Assembly: GCA_963842945.1 (NCBI GenBank)
Contig: CAWJIM010000005.1
Location: forward strand, 64,001-128,000
Source: an uncultured Gemmatimonadales bacterium
Lineage (GTDB): Bacteria; Gemmatimonadota; Gemmatimonadetes; Gemmatimonadales; GWC2-71-9
Direction of reading: 5' to 3'
Length of the DNA stretch: 64,000 nt
Position numbers and translations under genes: made by a program. Within the stretch, counting starts at the first letter, position 1. The number at the start of each line of letters is the position of its first letter. Positions 22,172 through 32,196 of this stretch are shown piece by piece. The notes under the pieces were generated by a model. It saw only the letters and a program-made list of their open reading frames with translations. It was not told the DNA's origin and ran no database searches.

Positions 22172-23953
22172 TCACAACCCGAACACCCAGACGATCCCAC
22201 CTTGACTCGTGTGCCGAGCGATATCGGGCATGAAGCTGGCGGGTGGGCGGACGTCGTCCGGATCGTCGGAACGGACGTCGCCCGACAGGAGACCCCAGTC
22301 GCCCCCGAATCCGGCGTACAGCGCGATGTACTGTTTGCCGTCCGGTCCCTTGAATGAGATCGGATTGCCGATCACGCCTGACCCGACCTTGAACTTGTAC
22401 AGCACCTTGCCGCTACGTGCGTCTGCCGCCTTGAACCAGCCATCGAGCGTGCCGTAGAAGACGACATCACCACCCGTTGCCAGGGCACCGCTCCACACCG
22501 GGTATGGCTCCTTGATCTCCCACACCTTCTTGCCTCGGGCGGCGTCATAGGCGATGAAGGCGCCGAGGTTTCCCCCTGCTCCAGCCTTGTACGGCGTTGT
22601 CGCGCCGAGGTATGGAGTGCCCGCGATGTATGAGACGTTGGCCACCGAATAGTCCATGCACATGTTACTCGTCGACACGTAGAACAGCCGGGTGATCGGC
22701 GAATAAGCTGCGGGCTGCTGGTTCTTGCCGCCCTCCAGTGTGGGGCAGATGTCCTTTACCGTTCCCTTGGACGCGCCGGTGGTCTTGGAGGAATCCACCT
22801 CGGGCTTACCGGTTTCCAGGTCGATCCGCCGGGCCCAGTTCACCTCCACGTACGGCTCAGCCAGAAGCAGCTCGCCGGTCGCGCGGTCCATGGTATAGAC
22901 GAACCCATTCTTGTCGAAGTGAACCAGGGCCTTTCGCGGCTTTCCCTTCACCGTGAGGTCAACCAGGATCATCTCCTGGGTCGAATCGAAGTCCCAGTTG
23001 TCTGCCGGCGTGAACTGATAGGCCCACCGGAGGGCACCGTCCTGGGGCCGCCGGGCCATGACACTCGTGGCCCAGCGGTTCTCGCCAGGGCGCTGCTCGG
23101 TGTTCCAGGGCGCCGGATTTCCCGTTCCGTAATAGATGAGGTCAAGCTCGGGATCGTAGGACATCCAGCCCCACACCGGCCCGCCCCCGTTTTTCCAGGT
23201 GTCGGCGGGCCAGCTCTTCTGCGCCAGCTCGGTGCCCTTCTCGTAGTACGGCTTGAAGGTTCCGGGCTTCGCCAGCACTTCCGCATCGGGCCCAGTGCTG
23301 TAGCCGGTCCAGACCAGGTTTCCGGTCCGAACGTCCAGTCCCTTGACCCAGCCGCGGACGCCGAATTCGCCACCCGAGTTGCCTACGATCACGCGGTCCT
23401 TCACCACCAGCGGGGCCATGGGAGTGGTCTCGCCTCGATTGAGATCGGCCACTTTGGTCTTCCAGATCTCCTTGCCGGTGGCGGCGTCGAGGGCGACGGT
23501 GTGGCCGTCGAGCAGATTGTAGAACAGCCGCCCGTTGGCGTAGAACGCGCCCCGATTCACCACATCGCAGCAAGCGATGCCGATCGCGGCGCCGTTGACC
23601 TTGGGACGGTACTTCCACTTGAGCGGGTAGCCTTCTTTGGTGAGATCGAACGCATAGACCACATTGGGGTACGGCGTCACCACGTACATGGTGCTGCCGA
23701 CCACCAGCGGCTGTCCCTCATGTCCCCCCAGCACGCCGGTCGAGAAGCTCCACACCGGGCGCAGTCGCTTTGCGTTGCCGGCGGTGATCTGCGCCAGGCC
23801 GCTGAAGCGGGTTGACGCGTAGTCCTTGCCCGGCATGGTCCACTGCGCATCGTCCTGGGCCGCGTTCACCTGACGCTGGGCTTCGGCCGAGTCGCTCGCA
23901 CCGAGGGAGAGGGCTGCTGCAAGGGCGATACCGAGCCCGTTTATGGATTTCAT
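22172..23953 (-). CDS. PQQ-dependent methanol/ethanol-family dehydrogenase, XoxF-like (lanthanide-type motif)
   Basis: WSFSTG..GHEGQP, vicinal ACCDVVNRG, GGEFGVRG, TGNPAPWN, WDFD. Confidence 0.92.
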   Translation of the reverse strand: MKSINGLGIALAAALSLGASDSAEAQRQVNAAQDDAQWTMPGKDYASTRFSGLAQITAGNAKRLRPVWSFSTGVLGGHEGQPLVVGSTMYVVTPYPNVVYAFDLTKEGYPLKWKYRPKVNGAAIGIACCDVVNRGAFYANGRLFYNLLDGHTVALDAATGKEIWKTKVADLNRGETTPMAPLVVKDRVIVGNSGGEFGVRGWVKGLDVRTGNLVWTGYSTGPDAEVLAKPGTFKPYYEKGTELAQKSWPADTWKNGGGPVWGWMSYDPELDLIYYGTGNPAPWNTEQRPGENRWATSVMARRPQDGALRWAYQFTPADNWDFDSTQEMILVDLTVKGKPRKALVHFDKNGFVYTMDRATGELLLAEPYVEVNWARRIDLETGKPEVDSSKTTGASKGTVKDICPTLEGGKNQQPAAYSPITRLFYVSTSNMCMDYSVANVSYIAGTPYLGATTPYKAGAGGNLGAFIAYDAARGKKVWEIKEPYPVWSGALATGGDVVFYGTLDGWFKAADARSGKVLYKFKVGSGVIGNPISFKGPDGKQYIALYAGFGGDWGLLSGDVRSDDPDDVRPPASFMPDIARHTSQGGIVWVFGL

Positions 23954-24024
23954 GTGGGTGCCTTCTCTGCGAGGGCGAGTGCAGGCGATACTATCGGAGA
24001 CATCTCGCCGGCGCAACCCGGCTG

Positions 24025-24888
24025 CTACAGAGCGGGTTGACCTCGGCCCTGCGAGCCGCTGTCCGGTGACGCCAGGGGAAAGCCGAACTTCCCGAGCAGG
24101 CTGTCGATGCCGGAGCGTCTCCGCTTCAGCACCGTCTCCAGCCGCTCCTTCAACTCCTTGTCGCCGGGCCGCACGGCAAGCGAGATGTCGAACGCGAAGC
24201 GGAGTCCCGGAGGATCGTAGGCGGGTGATACCGGGACGATATCGAGCTGAGCGTCCGATCTCCTGGCGAAGTAGCCGGCCAGCGGCCCCCAGGCGACGGC
24301 GATGTCCACGGCGCCGGACACCACGGCATCAATAATCCTGGCGGGAGGATTGGCCTGGGAGTAATCGCCATAGACGCTGAACCCCTCCAGATTCCCCACG
24401 ATTCCTCGGCGGCTCAGCGCGTGAACCGGTGGAGTGTTGTTGTAGTCGTCACCCACCAGCTGGACGCCGATTTTCAGCTTCTTCAGGGCCGGATCATCGA
24501 ACGACTTGATGCCGAGATGACGATCTTTGCGGGAGACGAACACATAGCTCGAGCGGTAGTACGGGCGGGTGGTGAGCACCCGCTCCGACCCCGAGGGTAT
24601 GCCCATCACGACGTCGCATGAATCGGCTGCTAGGGTATTGCGAATGAAACCTCGGCGCTGGGGCCACCAAGTGTATTTCACGCCGGCCCGGAGCTCCTTG
24701 GCCACCAGCTGGGCCAGGTGGTTCTCCAGGCCCTCGCCGGCGCGGTTGGAGAAGGGCAGGTTATTGGGATCGGAGCACACCCGAAGCTCGTGCGGGGGGT
24801 TGGACGCGTTGCATCCGAGCAGGACCAAGCTGAGGACGACGTACCAGGGTCTGGACGTATCTGTAGAACACGGATACTTCCGAGGCAT
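24025..24888 (-). CDS. Quinoprotein dehydrogenase-associated substrate-binding protein (MxaJ/XoxJ-like)
   Basis: LRVCSDPNNLPFSN, RRGFIRNTL, TRPYYRSSYVFV, WGPLAGYFA. Confidence 0.92.
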   Translation of the reverse strand: MPRKYPCSTDTSRPWYVVLSLVLLGCNASNPPHELRVCSDPNNLPFSNRAGEGLENHLAQLVAKELRAGVKYTWWPQRRGFIRNTLAADSCDVVMGIPSGSERVLTTRPYYRSSYVFVSRKDRHLGIKSFDDPALKKLKIGVQLVGDDYNNTPPVHALSRRGIVGNLEGFSVYGDYSQANPPARIIDAVVSGAVDIAVAWGPLAGYFARRSDAQLDIVPVSPAYDPPGLRFAFDISLAVRPGDKELKERLETVLKRRRSGIDSLLGKFGFPLASPDSGSQGRGQPAL

Positions 24889-24982
24889 GATGACGACGAG
24901 TGCTGGTTGATTCTAAACCTAAATACTAGTTCCGATGTGTCCTTTGTGCCTTTGTGGTGAACGTCTTCAAAGGCTCGACGGT

Positions 24983-25825
24983 ATGAAACTACAACTGGTA
25001 GGACTCGCGCTGATGACGGCCGCACCGCTCGCCGCTCAGCAGCCTCAGATCATCACCGGGCTGAAGCAGCCCGAGTCGGTAGCCATTGGGCCGGGCGGAA
25101 AGGTCTACGTCAGCGAGACCGGCGAATACGAGAAGGCCAACGACGGCTACATCAGCGTGCTGGAGGGTGGGAAGCTGCGCCGCTTTGCGAGCGGCCTGGA
25201 CGATCCCCATGGCATCAAGTGGTATCGCGACCACCTCTTCGTCTCCGACAACATGGGGATGGTGTGGCGGATCGATGCCCAGGGTAACGCCGAGCGGTTT
25301 GTGGATGCCACCGATTTTCCGCGGAAGATCACCAACTTCAACGATCTGGAGATCGACCGGAACGGGAATCTGTACCTGTCCGACAGCGGAGACTGGGATG
25401 GCGGTGGCGGTGCCATCTACCGGATCACCCAGCAGAAGAAGATTACGCCGGTGATCACCTCCGATGATGACGTGCGGGTGGTCAGTCCCAATGGGCTGCT
25501 CATGGACGGCAACCATCTGCTGGAGGTGGACTACACCACCGGGATCCTCTTCCGGATCGATCTCGAGGGCAAGTCCATGGAGAAGGTGGTCGGCGGTCTC
25601 GGTGCATCCGATGGCCTGGTGCGGGATGCTGCGGGGCGGCTCATTGTTGGCGATTTTGCCGGTCACCGGCTCTTCGTGGTGACCAGGCCGGACCTCAAGC
25701 CGCAGGAGGTCACGGTTGGCGGGATCGAGTCCGCCGCCGACCTGGCGATCAGTCCCGACGGAAAGAGTCTGTTGATCCCCGACATGAGCGGGGGCAAGCT
25801 CGCAATCATCCCGCTTCCGAAATAA
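24983..25825 (+). CDS. Secreted SMP-30/gluconolactonase-like beta-propeller
   Basis: QPESV, FNDL, SPNGL, ASDGL, SAADL blade motifs; signal peptide. Confidence 0.82.
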   Translation: MKLQLVGLALMTAAPLAAQQPQIITGLKQPESVAIGPGGKVYVSETGEYEKANDGYISVLEGGKLRRFASGLDDPHGIKWYRDHLFVSDNMGMVWRIDAQGNAERFVDATDFPRKITNFNDLEIDRNGNLYLSDSGDWDGGGGAIYRITQQKKITPVITSDDDVRVVSPNGLLMDGNHLLEVDYTTGILFRIDLEGKSMEKVVGGLGASDGLVRDAAGRLIVGDFAGHRLFVVTRPDLKPQEVTVGGIESAADLAISPDGKSLLIPDMSGGKLAIIPLPK

Positions 25826-25831
25826 GTCCCC

Positions 25832-25892
25832 AGGCGACTGGCGACTCGGGTGACGGTCCGACGGGCTGACTGGCGACTGACGACTCACGACT
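25832..25892. repeat. CGACTNN heptamer repeat between convergent genes
   Basis: GGCGACTGGCGACTC ... TGACTGGCGACTGACGACTCACGACTA. Confidence 0.75.
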
Positions 25893-27558
25893 ACCTCCCC
25901 ATATCCTGTAAAATTGCCTTCGGCGTAACCGGCCCGCCCAGGAAATCCTCGATCACTTGCCGGCTGGGGCGCTCCAGCCCAAACCGAAACAGCCGGGGCG
26001 CAACCCAGGCATACCAGGTGCTGTCGCCGGCGGTGAAAGGTCCGTGAAGCTCTCTGGTCCGGGCCCGAATCGCCGCGATCAGCATGGCGCCGGCGGCGTA
26101 GTTCATCATGTAACCCGGCGCATCCACCAGCTGTCCCCGCATTGCCCACCAGGAGAGCTCGGGGTGGGGCCGGATCCGGAGATAGTCCCGGGTCAGCGAC
26201 GTCCAAACCTGGTTGGGGTCCAGCGTAGGATCTCGTTGCAGCCGAAGCTCGAACAACGCCCAGGCGACATCCATCACGATGCCGGCGTAGCGCGCCCGGA
26301 GACCCTCCCGGAGAGGCACCGAATCGCCCAGCCAGCGCCGCTGCCACGCCGGCTCGGTAACCTCCAGCGCCACGAAGTCGGCCACTGCCTCGGTGAAGGG
26401 ATCGCTGTCCGGCCAGTCGGCAAACGCGGGCCGGGTCCGAATCGCGGCGATATGGATGGCGTGTCCGGTCTCGTGCAGCAGCTCGCTCAGGTTGTCCAAT
26501 CCGCCGGTGCGATAGGTGGCAAACACCCACGGCTCGCCGCCGCGCCACCGGCCATTCATGAGCCTGGGGCGGGCACCGAATGTGGTGTACGCTACCGGTG
26601 TCTTGCCTTCGCGCGGGTCCAGGTCATAGTGAACCCGGAGCCGGCCCACGTCGGCACCGAGCGACCGGTACACCTCGGCATTAAGCGGGCTCAGCCGAGA
26701 GCGCGAGATCCGCGAACTCAGCGCTCGGCCGGCCGCTCCCACCATGTAATACCAGTCCCATGGCTCCATCGTGGAATCGGAGTTCGACCGGCGCCAGGTA
26801 TCGAGCATCGCCTCGAGCCAGGGCTCCAGCGAATCGGGCGGCACTCCGGAGGCACTCGCCTGCTCGAGGGAGGGCGGGCGCCTGGCATCTGACATCTGCT
26901 TCGCGATCAGCACCCGATAGGGACTCGCCGCTTCGTTGTCTCCGTTCATGCTGCGCCAAACCGGGTCCAGCGAGAGGAAGAGCCGGCGCCGGCCATCCGG
27001 GGCATCGGTGCGTCCCAACGTGCCCAGGATCGTCAGCCGGTCGAGGGTGTCGCCATCAACCGGGACGTGAGACTGGGCCCAGCCGTAGCAGGCATAGATC
27101 CGGGCCCGAAGCGAATCCACTCCTCGGGTGGATGCCGCGATCGAGCGAGGGTCATAGTTGCAGCTCGGCGGACGAGCGATTGTCGCTGAACTATCGGTGT
27201 GCTGCGGCGGTGTGAGTGAGTCGAGGTCGCGCTGCAGGGTTCGTCGCATCACCGCCAGGGCCCGCCGATCTTCTTCCTGGAGCCCGGCGGAATCGATGCC
27301 TTCGAGCCGGGCGGTTACGGTTCTTCGAAGCGCATTGTGAGCCGTGATCCACGTAGTAACAGGAGTGGCGTCGTGGATGCCGTTCAGTCCCGAGGCAAGC
27401 GTCACGTCGATCCGGTCCCGGGCGTCGCGCAGATCGGCATACAGCGACTCGGCTACCGCCAGTTGTGAGGGACCGGCGCCAGTCCCAGACGGCTGGTGGG
27501 CGCAGGCCAGGAGCAGCGCAAGGCTGACCGTGCAGGAGAGGCGCGGGAGAAAGGGCAC
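25891..27558 (-). CDS. Zinc metallopeptidase lipoprotein (M2/M3-like)
   Basis: LHETGH (HExxH) followed by FTEAVA; lipobox LLAC. Confidence 0.75.
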   Translation of the reverse strand: MPFLPRLSCTVSLALLLACAHQPSGTGAGPSQLAVAESLYADLRDARDRIDVTLASGLNGIHDATPVTTWITAHNALRRTVTARLEGIDSAGLQEEDRRALAVMRRTLQRDLDSLTPPQHTDSSATIARPPSCNYDPRSIAASTRGVDSLRARIYACYGWAQSHVPVDGDTLDRLTILGTLGRTDAPDGRRRLFLSLDPVWRSMNGDNEAASPYRVLIAKQMSDARRPPSLEQASASGVPPDSLEPWLEAMLDTWRRSNSDSTMEPWDWYYMVGAAGRALSSRISRSRLSPLNAEVYRSLGADVGRLRVHYDLDPREGKTPVAYTTFGARPRLMNGRWRGGEPWVFATYRTGGLDNLSELLHETGHAIHIAAIRTRPAFADWPDSDPFTEAVADFVALEVTEPAWQRRWLGDSVPLREGLRARYAGIVMDVAWALFELRLQRDPTLDPNQVWTSLTRDYLRIRPHPELSWWAMRGQLVDAPGYMMNYAAGAMLIAAIRARTRELHGPFTAGDSTWYAWVAPRLFRFGLERPSRQVIEDFLGGPVTPKAILQDMGR

Positions 27559-27565
27559 GATGGGT

Positions 27566-27596
27566 AAAAGAATAGCGCCGGCTGGAGCCGGCGCTA
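27566..27596 (-). terminator. Rho-independent terminator after the DUF892 gene
   Basis: 11-bp stem TAGCGCCGGCT/AGCCGGCGCTA followed by TTCTTTT on the minus strand. Confidence 0.7.
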
Positions 27597-27620
27597 AATG
27601 ATGCTGTGACCAGGAAAGCC

Positions 27621-28124
27621 TTAGACCGCGACGCGATTCACTCTGGCTTCGGCGATCTGGGTCAGCTTGAGGTCGGTGGCCTTCTCTTCGTCCAGATTCT
27701 GCTGCAGCACGGCGGCGCAGTCGGGCCGGCCCAATTCACGGGCCCAGGCGATCAGCGTTCCGTAGCGGGTGATCTCGTAGTGCTCAACCGCCTGAGCGGC
27801 GGCCAGGGCCGCTGCATCCAGGACCTCGGGATCGCTGGCTTCGCCCATGATCTCTTCCGCTTCCGAGAGGATGCCATCGATGGCCGGGCAGGTTACCGCC
27901 TTGGGCTTCTCACCGTGCATCCGGAAAACCTCTTCCAGCCGGGTGACATGATGCTCCGTCTCCGCCAGGTGGGTCAGAAAAGCGGACTGCAGCTGCTGGT
28001 CCGTTACCTTCGAAATCATCTTCGGCAGCGCTTTGGTGATCTTCTGCTCAGCGTAGTAGATGTCCTGCAGGGTATGGACGAAGAGGTCATTCAAGGTCTT
28101 GATTGGCTTGGAAAGGATTCCCAT
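27621..28124 (-). CDS. yciF: Ferritin-like DUF892 stress protein
   Basis: LQDIYYAEQKI, HLAETEHH, QAVEHYEITRYGTL, EEKATD. Confidence 0.9.
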   Translation of the reverse strand: MGILSKPIKTLNDLFVHTLQDIYYAEQKITKALPKMISKVTDQQLQSAFLTHLAETEHHVTRLEEVFRMHGEKPKAVTCPAIDGILSEAEEIMGEASDPEVLDAAALAAAQAVEHYEITRYGTLIAWARELGRPDCAAVLQQNLDEEKATDLKLTQIAEARVNRVAV

Positions 28125-28267
28125 GATCTGCTCCTGAAGGAATGATCGCCGGCCGAGCCGGCGAGAAATTGGCCTTCTAATTTTGGAGCCTGCATACTGG
28201 GCCTATGGGCGCCTCGGAGCCGTGAGCCAGGTCACTGGTTAGTTTTGGATTCTCAGAGGAGACCCCG

Positions 28268-28519
28268 ATGCAGCCGGACGCTTTAGCGCCACTCATTCCC
28301 GTCGCCGCGATCATCATGTTCGGCCTGGTGAGGATCTCGCGCCATTGGCGGCCCGGAGCGCTGCCCCAGAGCCCGGCTGTCACCCAACTGGAAGAGCGGC
28401 TGAACACAGTGGAACGGGAGATCGCCTCGCTCCAGGGAGAGCTGAGCGAGACCCAGGAGCGGCTCGACTTCGCCGAACGGCTGCTCGCCCAAACCCGGGA
28501 GCCCAAACGCCTTGAGTAG
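28268..28519 (+). CDS. Small membrane-anchored coiled-coil protein
   Basis: GAGGAG RBS, one hydrophobic segment, ERLDFAERLLAQ coiled coil. Confidence 0.75.
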   Translation: MQPDALAPLIPVAAIIMFGLVRISRHWRPGALPQSPAVTQLEERLNTVEREIASLQGELSETQERLDFAERLLAQTREPKRLE

Positions 28520-30104
28520 ATCCTGCGCGACGGAAGTTGCCCTTTCCGTCTTTTCCGCCCTCACAGTCTTCTCCGCGCCCGCGGCCGCGCAGCAGCCGCC
28601 GCCGGATTTCGATAACTACGTGAAGCGAGTGATGCAGACGTTTACCGTCCCCGGCCTGTCGGTCGCTATCGTCAAAGACGGCAAGGTCGTGCTGGCCAAG
28701 GGATACGGTGTTCGGCGAATGGGCGACCCCACTCCGGTCGATGCCCGCACCCGCTTCGGCATCGCCTCCAACACCAAGCTCTTCACCGCAACCGCGCTCG
28801 CGCTGCTGGTGGAGGAGGGGAAAATCGAGTGGGACAAGCCGGTCACCGGCTATCTGCCTGCCTTTGCCATGTCGGATCCCTATGTGACGCACGAGATGAC
28901 CGTGCGGGACCTGCTGGTTCACCGCAGCGGCCTGGGCCTCGGCGCCGGCGACCTGCTCTGGTGGCCCCCCTCGAGCTATAACCGGAAGGAGATCGCCCGG
29001 CGGATCCGCTACATCCCGCTGGCCACATCGTTCCGGAGCGCGTACGCCTATGACAACGTGCTTTATCTGGTGGCCGGCGAGCTGATCGAGGCGGTATCGG
29101 GACAGCCCTGGGAGGAGTTCGTCCGGAGCCGGATCCTGCGGAAGGTAGGCATGAACGACAGCGACGTTCGCCACTCCGGCGCCATGGACAAGGGAAACGT
29201 CGCCGGAACCCATGCGGAGGTGAACGATACCGTCCGGCCGGTGGCGCCCTTCACCAGTGACAACACCAATCCGGCCGGCGGTATCATGGCCGGCGCCGCC
29301 GATATGGCCAAGTGGCTGATCGTTCAGCTCGATTCGGGAAAGGTGGCCGACGGCTCGCGGCTCTTCTCACCTGCCAGCGCCAGGGAGCTCTGGCGGGAGG
29401 TGACGCCCACCCCCATCGGCGGAATACCAGGGAAACAGCCCCAACTGGCCCATCTGCGCGCCACCATGGCGGGCTACGCCCTAGGCCTCGGCGTGCGCGA
29501 CTACCGAGGCTACATCCTGCGACAGCATACCGGCGGCCTGCCCGGCTATCTGTCCAAGGTCGCGATGATTCCCGATCTTCGGCTGGGCGTCGCGGTGCTG
29601 ACCAACCAGGAGTCGGGTGCGGCCTTCGACGCGATCACCTACCGGGTGCTGGACCACTTCATCGGCGCCAAGTCACCCGACTATCCGGCCGTGTTCAATC
29701 AGATTGTACAACAGAACCGCCAGAAGCTCAGGAGTGAGGAACAGCAGGCCGCCGGCGCCCGCGACTCTATGGCTGGGCCGTCGCTTCCACTGGCCAAGTA
29801 TGCCGGCAACTATCGGGATCCCTGGTATGGCGACGTGAAGGTGACGCAGGAGGGCGACAAGCTCGCCATCCGTTTCACCCGGACACCCTCACTGGTGGGC
29901 GACTTGCTCCATTGGCAGCACGACACGTTTCTGGCCCGCTGGAGAGACCGGGAGCTCAGAGCCGACGCCTTCGCTACGTTCTGGCTCAACCCGGACGGAA
30001 GCATCCATCAGCTCCGGATCGTGCCGGCGTCGGAGTCGGTGGACTTCAGCTTCGACTTTCAGGATCTGGTCTTGAAGCCAGTCAAGGATTCTGTCGCTCA
30101 CTGA
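28512..30104 (+). CDS. Serine hydrolase (beta-lactamase/AmpC-like fold) with DUF3471-type C-terminus
   Basis: SNTK (SxxK), YDN, HTG motifs; LAKYAGNYRDPWYG tail. Confidence 0.9.
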   Translation: MSRSCATEVALSVFSALTVFSAPAAAQQPPPDFDNYVKRVMQTFTVPGLSVAIVKDGKVVLAKGYGVRRMGDPTPVDARTRFGIASNTKLFTATALALLVEEGKIEWDKPVTGYLPAFAMSDPYVTHEMTVRDLLVHRSGLGLGAGDLLWWPPSSYNRKEIARRIRYIPLATSFRSAYAYDNVLYLVAGELIEAVSGQPWEEFVRSRILRKVGMNDSDVRHSGAMDKGNVAGTHAEVNDTVRPVAPFTSDNTNPAGGIMAGAADMAKWLIVQLDSGKVADGSRLFSPASARELWREVTPTPIGGIPGKQPQLAHLRATMAGYALGLGVRDYRGYILRQHTGGLPGYLSKVAMIPDLRLGVAVLTNQESGAAFDAITYRVLDHFIGAKSPDYPAVFNQIVQQNRQKLRSEEQQAAGARDSMAGPSLPLAKYAGNYRDPWYGDVKVTQEGDKLAIRFTRTPSLVGDLLHWQHDTFLARWRDRELRADAFATFWLNPDGSIHQLRIVPASESVDFSFDFQDLVLKPVKDSVAH

Positions 30105-30115
30105 AGAGTGCTGTC

Positions 30116-30661
30116 TCAGCTATGCGGCAGAGGTCCCAGGTGGTACCGCTTCCTCAGTACCTCGAGATGATGGCTCACATGCCCAACAATGATGTAGGCT
30201 AGCGCCCGAACGGTGATCGCATGGCCGTTGGCCTCGCCCCAGCGTCCCCATGCCTCCTCCGGAAGTCCCTCGAGCAGCGCGGCCGTGCTCATCCGAACTG
30301 CACGAAACTCCCCCAGCAGCATGGGCAGCGGCCGGTCGTCGAAACGGCCCGACGGCACGTAGGCGCCCTCGTCAAAGCCCGGGAGCGGAGTGGTGTCCCC
30401 CCTGGCGATCCGAAGCATCCGGTAGCTAAAGATCCGCTCGGTGTCGCACAGGTGCCCCAGGATTTCCTTCACGCTCCACTTTCCCTCGGCGTAACGGGCC
30501 AGGGCGTCCCGGTCGGTCACATTCTCGAATAGCCGCTCCACCTCGCGGGCCTGCTCTATCAGCTGCTGGGCCAGACTCTCGTCCGAGACCCGAGCGATAT
30601 ATGGGTGATAGTAAGCCGAAGACTCGTCAGCCTCCGGACGGGTGATGATGGCTGTGCTCAT
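30116..30661 (-). CDS. DinB family protein
   Basis: YAEGKWSVKEILGHLCDTERIF, GHVSHH. Confidence 0.9.
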   Translation of the reverse strand: MSTAIITRPEADESSAYYHPYIARVSDESLAQQLIEQAREVERLFENVTDRDALARYAEGKWSVKEILGHLCDTERIFSYRMLRIARGDTTPLPGFDEGAYVPSGRFDDRPLPMLLGEFRAVRMSTAALLEGLPEEAWGRWGEANGHAITVRALAYIIVGHVSHHLEVLRKRYHLGPLPHS

Positions 30662-30840
30662 CCTGCCTCCACTCGTCGGGGACGGCGCAGCAGCTCGCCG
30701 CCACAGTTCGGGCAAATGTGGCTCATGGCCTCGGCACACCCCGGACAGAAGGTGCATTCGTAGCTGCAGATGAAGGCGGATTCCGCCAGGGCGAGGGCGG
30801 TGTTACACCGCTCGCAGGTCTTCCGCATCTCCAAGGGCAT
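30658..30840 (-). CDS. DUF1272 cysteine-rich small protein
   Basis: LEMRKTCERC, ICSYECTFC, CPNCGGELLRRP. Confidence 0.9.
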   Translation of the reverse strand: MPLEMRKTCERCNTALALAESAFICSYECTFCPGCAEAMSHICPNCGGELLRRPRRVEAG

Positions 30841-30853
30841 GGCCGGCTCCGGA

Positions 30854-31360
30854 TCAGAGATTCCGGGGAAACAGTGTTGCGCTGCCGTCCATCTCTCCGG
30901 TCTCGGCATACGTGAGGGGTGTGGCTGAAGGATCCAGGATTTTCCCGTCCACCACCCGTCCCAGCACCAGCTCGTGATCCCCTGCCCGGGTACGCCCCAT
31001 CAGCTCGCATTCGAAATATGCCAGGGCTTCCTCCAGAATCGGTGATCCGAGGCGTCCCGGGTGACTCCGCATCCCGGCGAGCTTGTCCTCATCCCGGCCC
31101 GATTTCGTCCCCAGGCGCCGGGCCAGGTCCAGCTGGCCATGCTTAAGTACGTTGACCGTGAAGCTACCGGTAGCGTGCAGCAGCTCGTAGGACGCATTGT
31201 CCGGGTTGATGCTGACGGCCAAAATCAGCGGGTTGAAGGACGCCTGCATAATCCAGGCAGCGGTAAAGGCATCGCGCCGCTGCCCGTCGGCTACGCCAAC
31301 GGCGTACACGCCCAGCGTGATCCTTCGGAACAGGTCGGCGATCGCCGGATCTTCGCTCAT
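30854..31360 (-). CDS. Flavin reductase family protein
   Basis: GVYAVG, WIMQASFNP, FTVNVL, AGDHELVLG. Confidence 0.9.
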   Translation of the reverse strand: MSEDPAIADLFRRITLGVYAVGVADGQRRDAFTAAWIMQASFNPLILAVSINPDNASYELLHATGSFTVNVLKHGQLDLARRLGTKSGRDEDKLAGMRSHPGRLGSPILEEALAYFECELMGRTRAGDHELVLGRVVDGKILDPSATPLTYAETGEMDGSATLFPRNL

Positions 31361-32016
31361 TCGAAGTCCACGAAGATCTGCGCCACTTTCGGCTTGAGCT
31401 GTTGCATGGCTGGAAGATCCGAGGAGTAATCCCGGTCGCCCAGGACTTGGGAGTAGGCAGCGGACTGTTGTTCGGCAGGTCCGGGATCCAGATAGAGCTT
31501 AACGCCCGCCAGGGTGGAGTCCAGCGCGCCACCCTTCCAGTCAGTGATGACCCCAGCGTAGTCCCAGCCGAACCCGGCGAGAATGAATGGGCGTCCGTTG
31601 AGGCGCTCCAGCTCCTGCAGGCTGGTGCCCAGCGAGATGCCTTGGCCCACCTGCCACTTGCTCCGCGGGCCGCGAAGGATCACGCGGGCAGGGCGTCGGC
31701 GGCTTACGGTGTCCTTCCAGACGATCTCGGCCCGCCTGAGGCTGTCGCTGGGGTAGAGCACCGTACCTGGTGTCGTCTCGCCTTCACCCAATTCGATCCG
31801 GGCGCTCTCCACGGCACTGGGGCCATAGCGCTCCCGGAGCTCGACCTCGCTTCCTTCGGGGGTAAGGGGACCGCTGCCGGAGCGGGGGCTCACTCGCCAA
31901 TCACTCGTCGGAGGGGTGGGGACGGATGGTTCCCTGCGGACGGCTTGACCGGTCCCCGAATCCCCGCACCCCAACGAGCAGCAGAGGGCCGCCAGGAGGA
32001 GTGATTTACGATGCAA
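31357..32016 (-). CDS. Hypothetical lipoprotein
   Basis: TTG start with AGGAG, lipobox LGC, LNGRPF..GFGWDYAG segment; ATGA coupling to the next gene. Confidence 0.7.
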   Translation of the reverse strand: MHRKSLLLAALCCSLGCGDSGTGQAVRREPSVPTPPTSDWRVSPRSGSGPLTPEGSEVELRERYGPSAVESARIELGEGETTPGTVLYPSDSLRRAEIVWKDTVSRRRPARVILRGPRSKWQVGQGISLGTSLQELERLNGRPFILAGFGWDYAGVITDWKGGALDSTLAGVKLYLDPGPAEQQSAAYSQVLGDRDYSSDLPAMQQLKPKVAQIFVDFE

Positions 32017-32131
32017 TCGGATGCTCCTGCGTAGGTCGGATGTACGATGATTGAGACCAAACAAATGTGCGGAGATGCCAGCCGCAAGCAGATCCTGATC
32101 GCCTCGGCCTAACTGGCGATCGGCACAATAG

Positions 32132-32192
32132 GCAACCAGAGGGTTGCTTTTTCTCGAGCAGCGTCCTATTCTATACGCAACCAGGAGGTTGC
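32132..32192 (+). promoter_or_regulatory. Promoter with two GCAACC-N4-GGTTGC operators (putative ArsR sites)
   Basis: Palindromes at 32132-32147 and 32177-32192; TTGCTT-17bp-TATTCT lies between them. Confidence 0.8.
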
Positions 32193-32196
32193 CTAT

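Noticed and set aside
28512..30104. Beta-lactam resistance gene
   Set aside because: The SxxK fold with a DUF3471-type tail is a general serine hydrolase architecture; there is no mobile context
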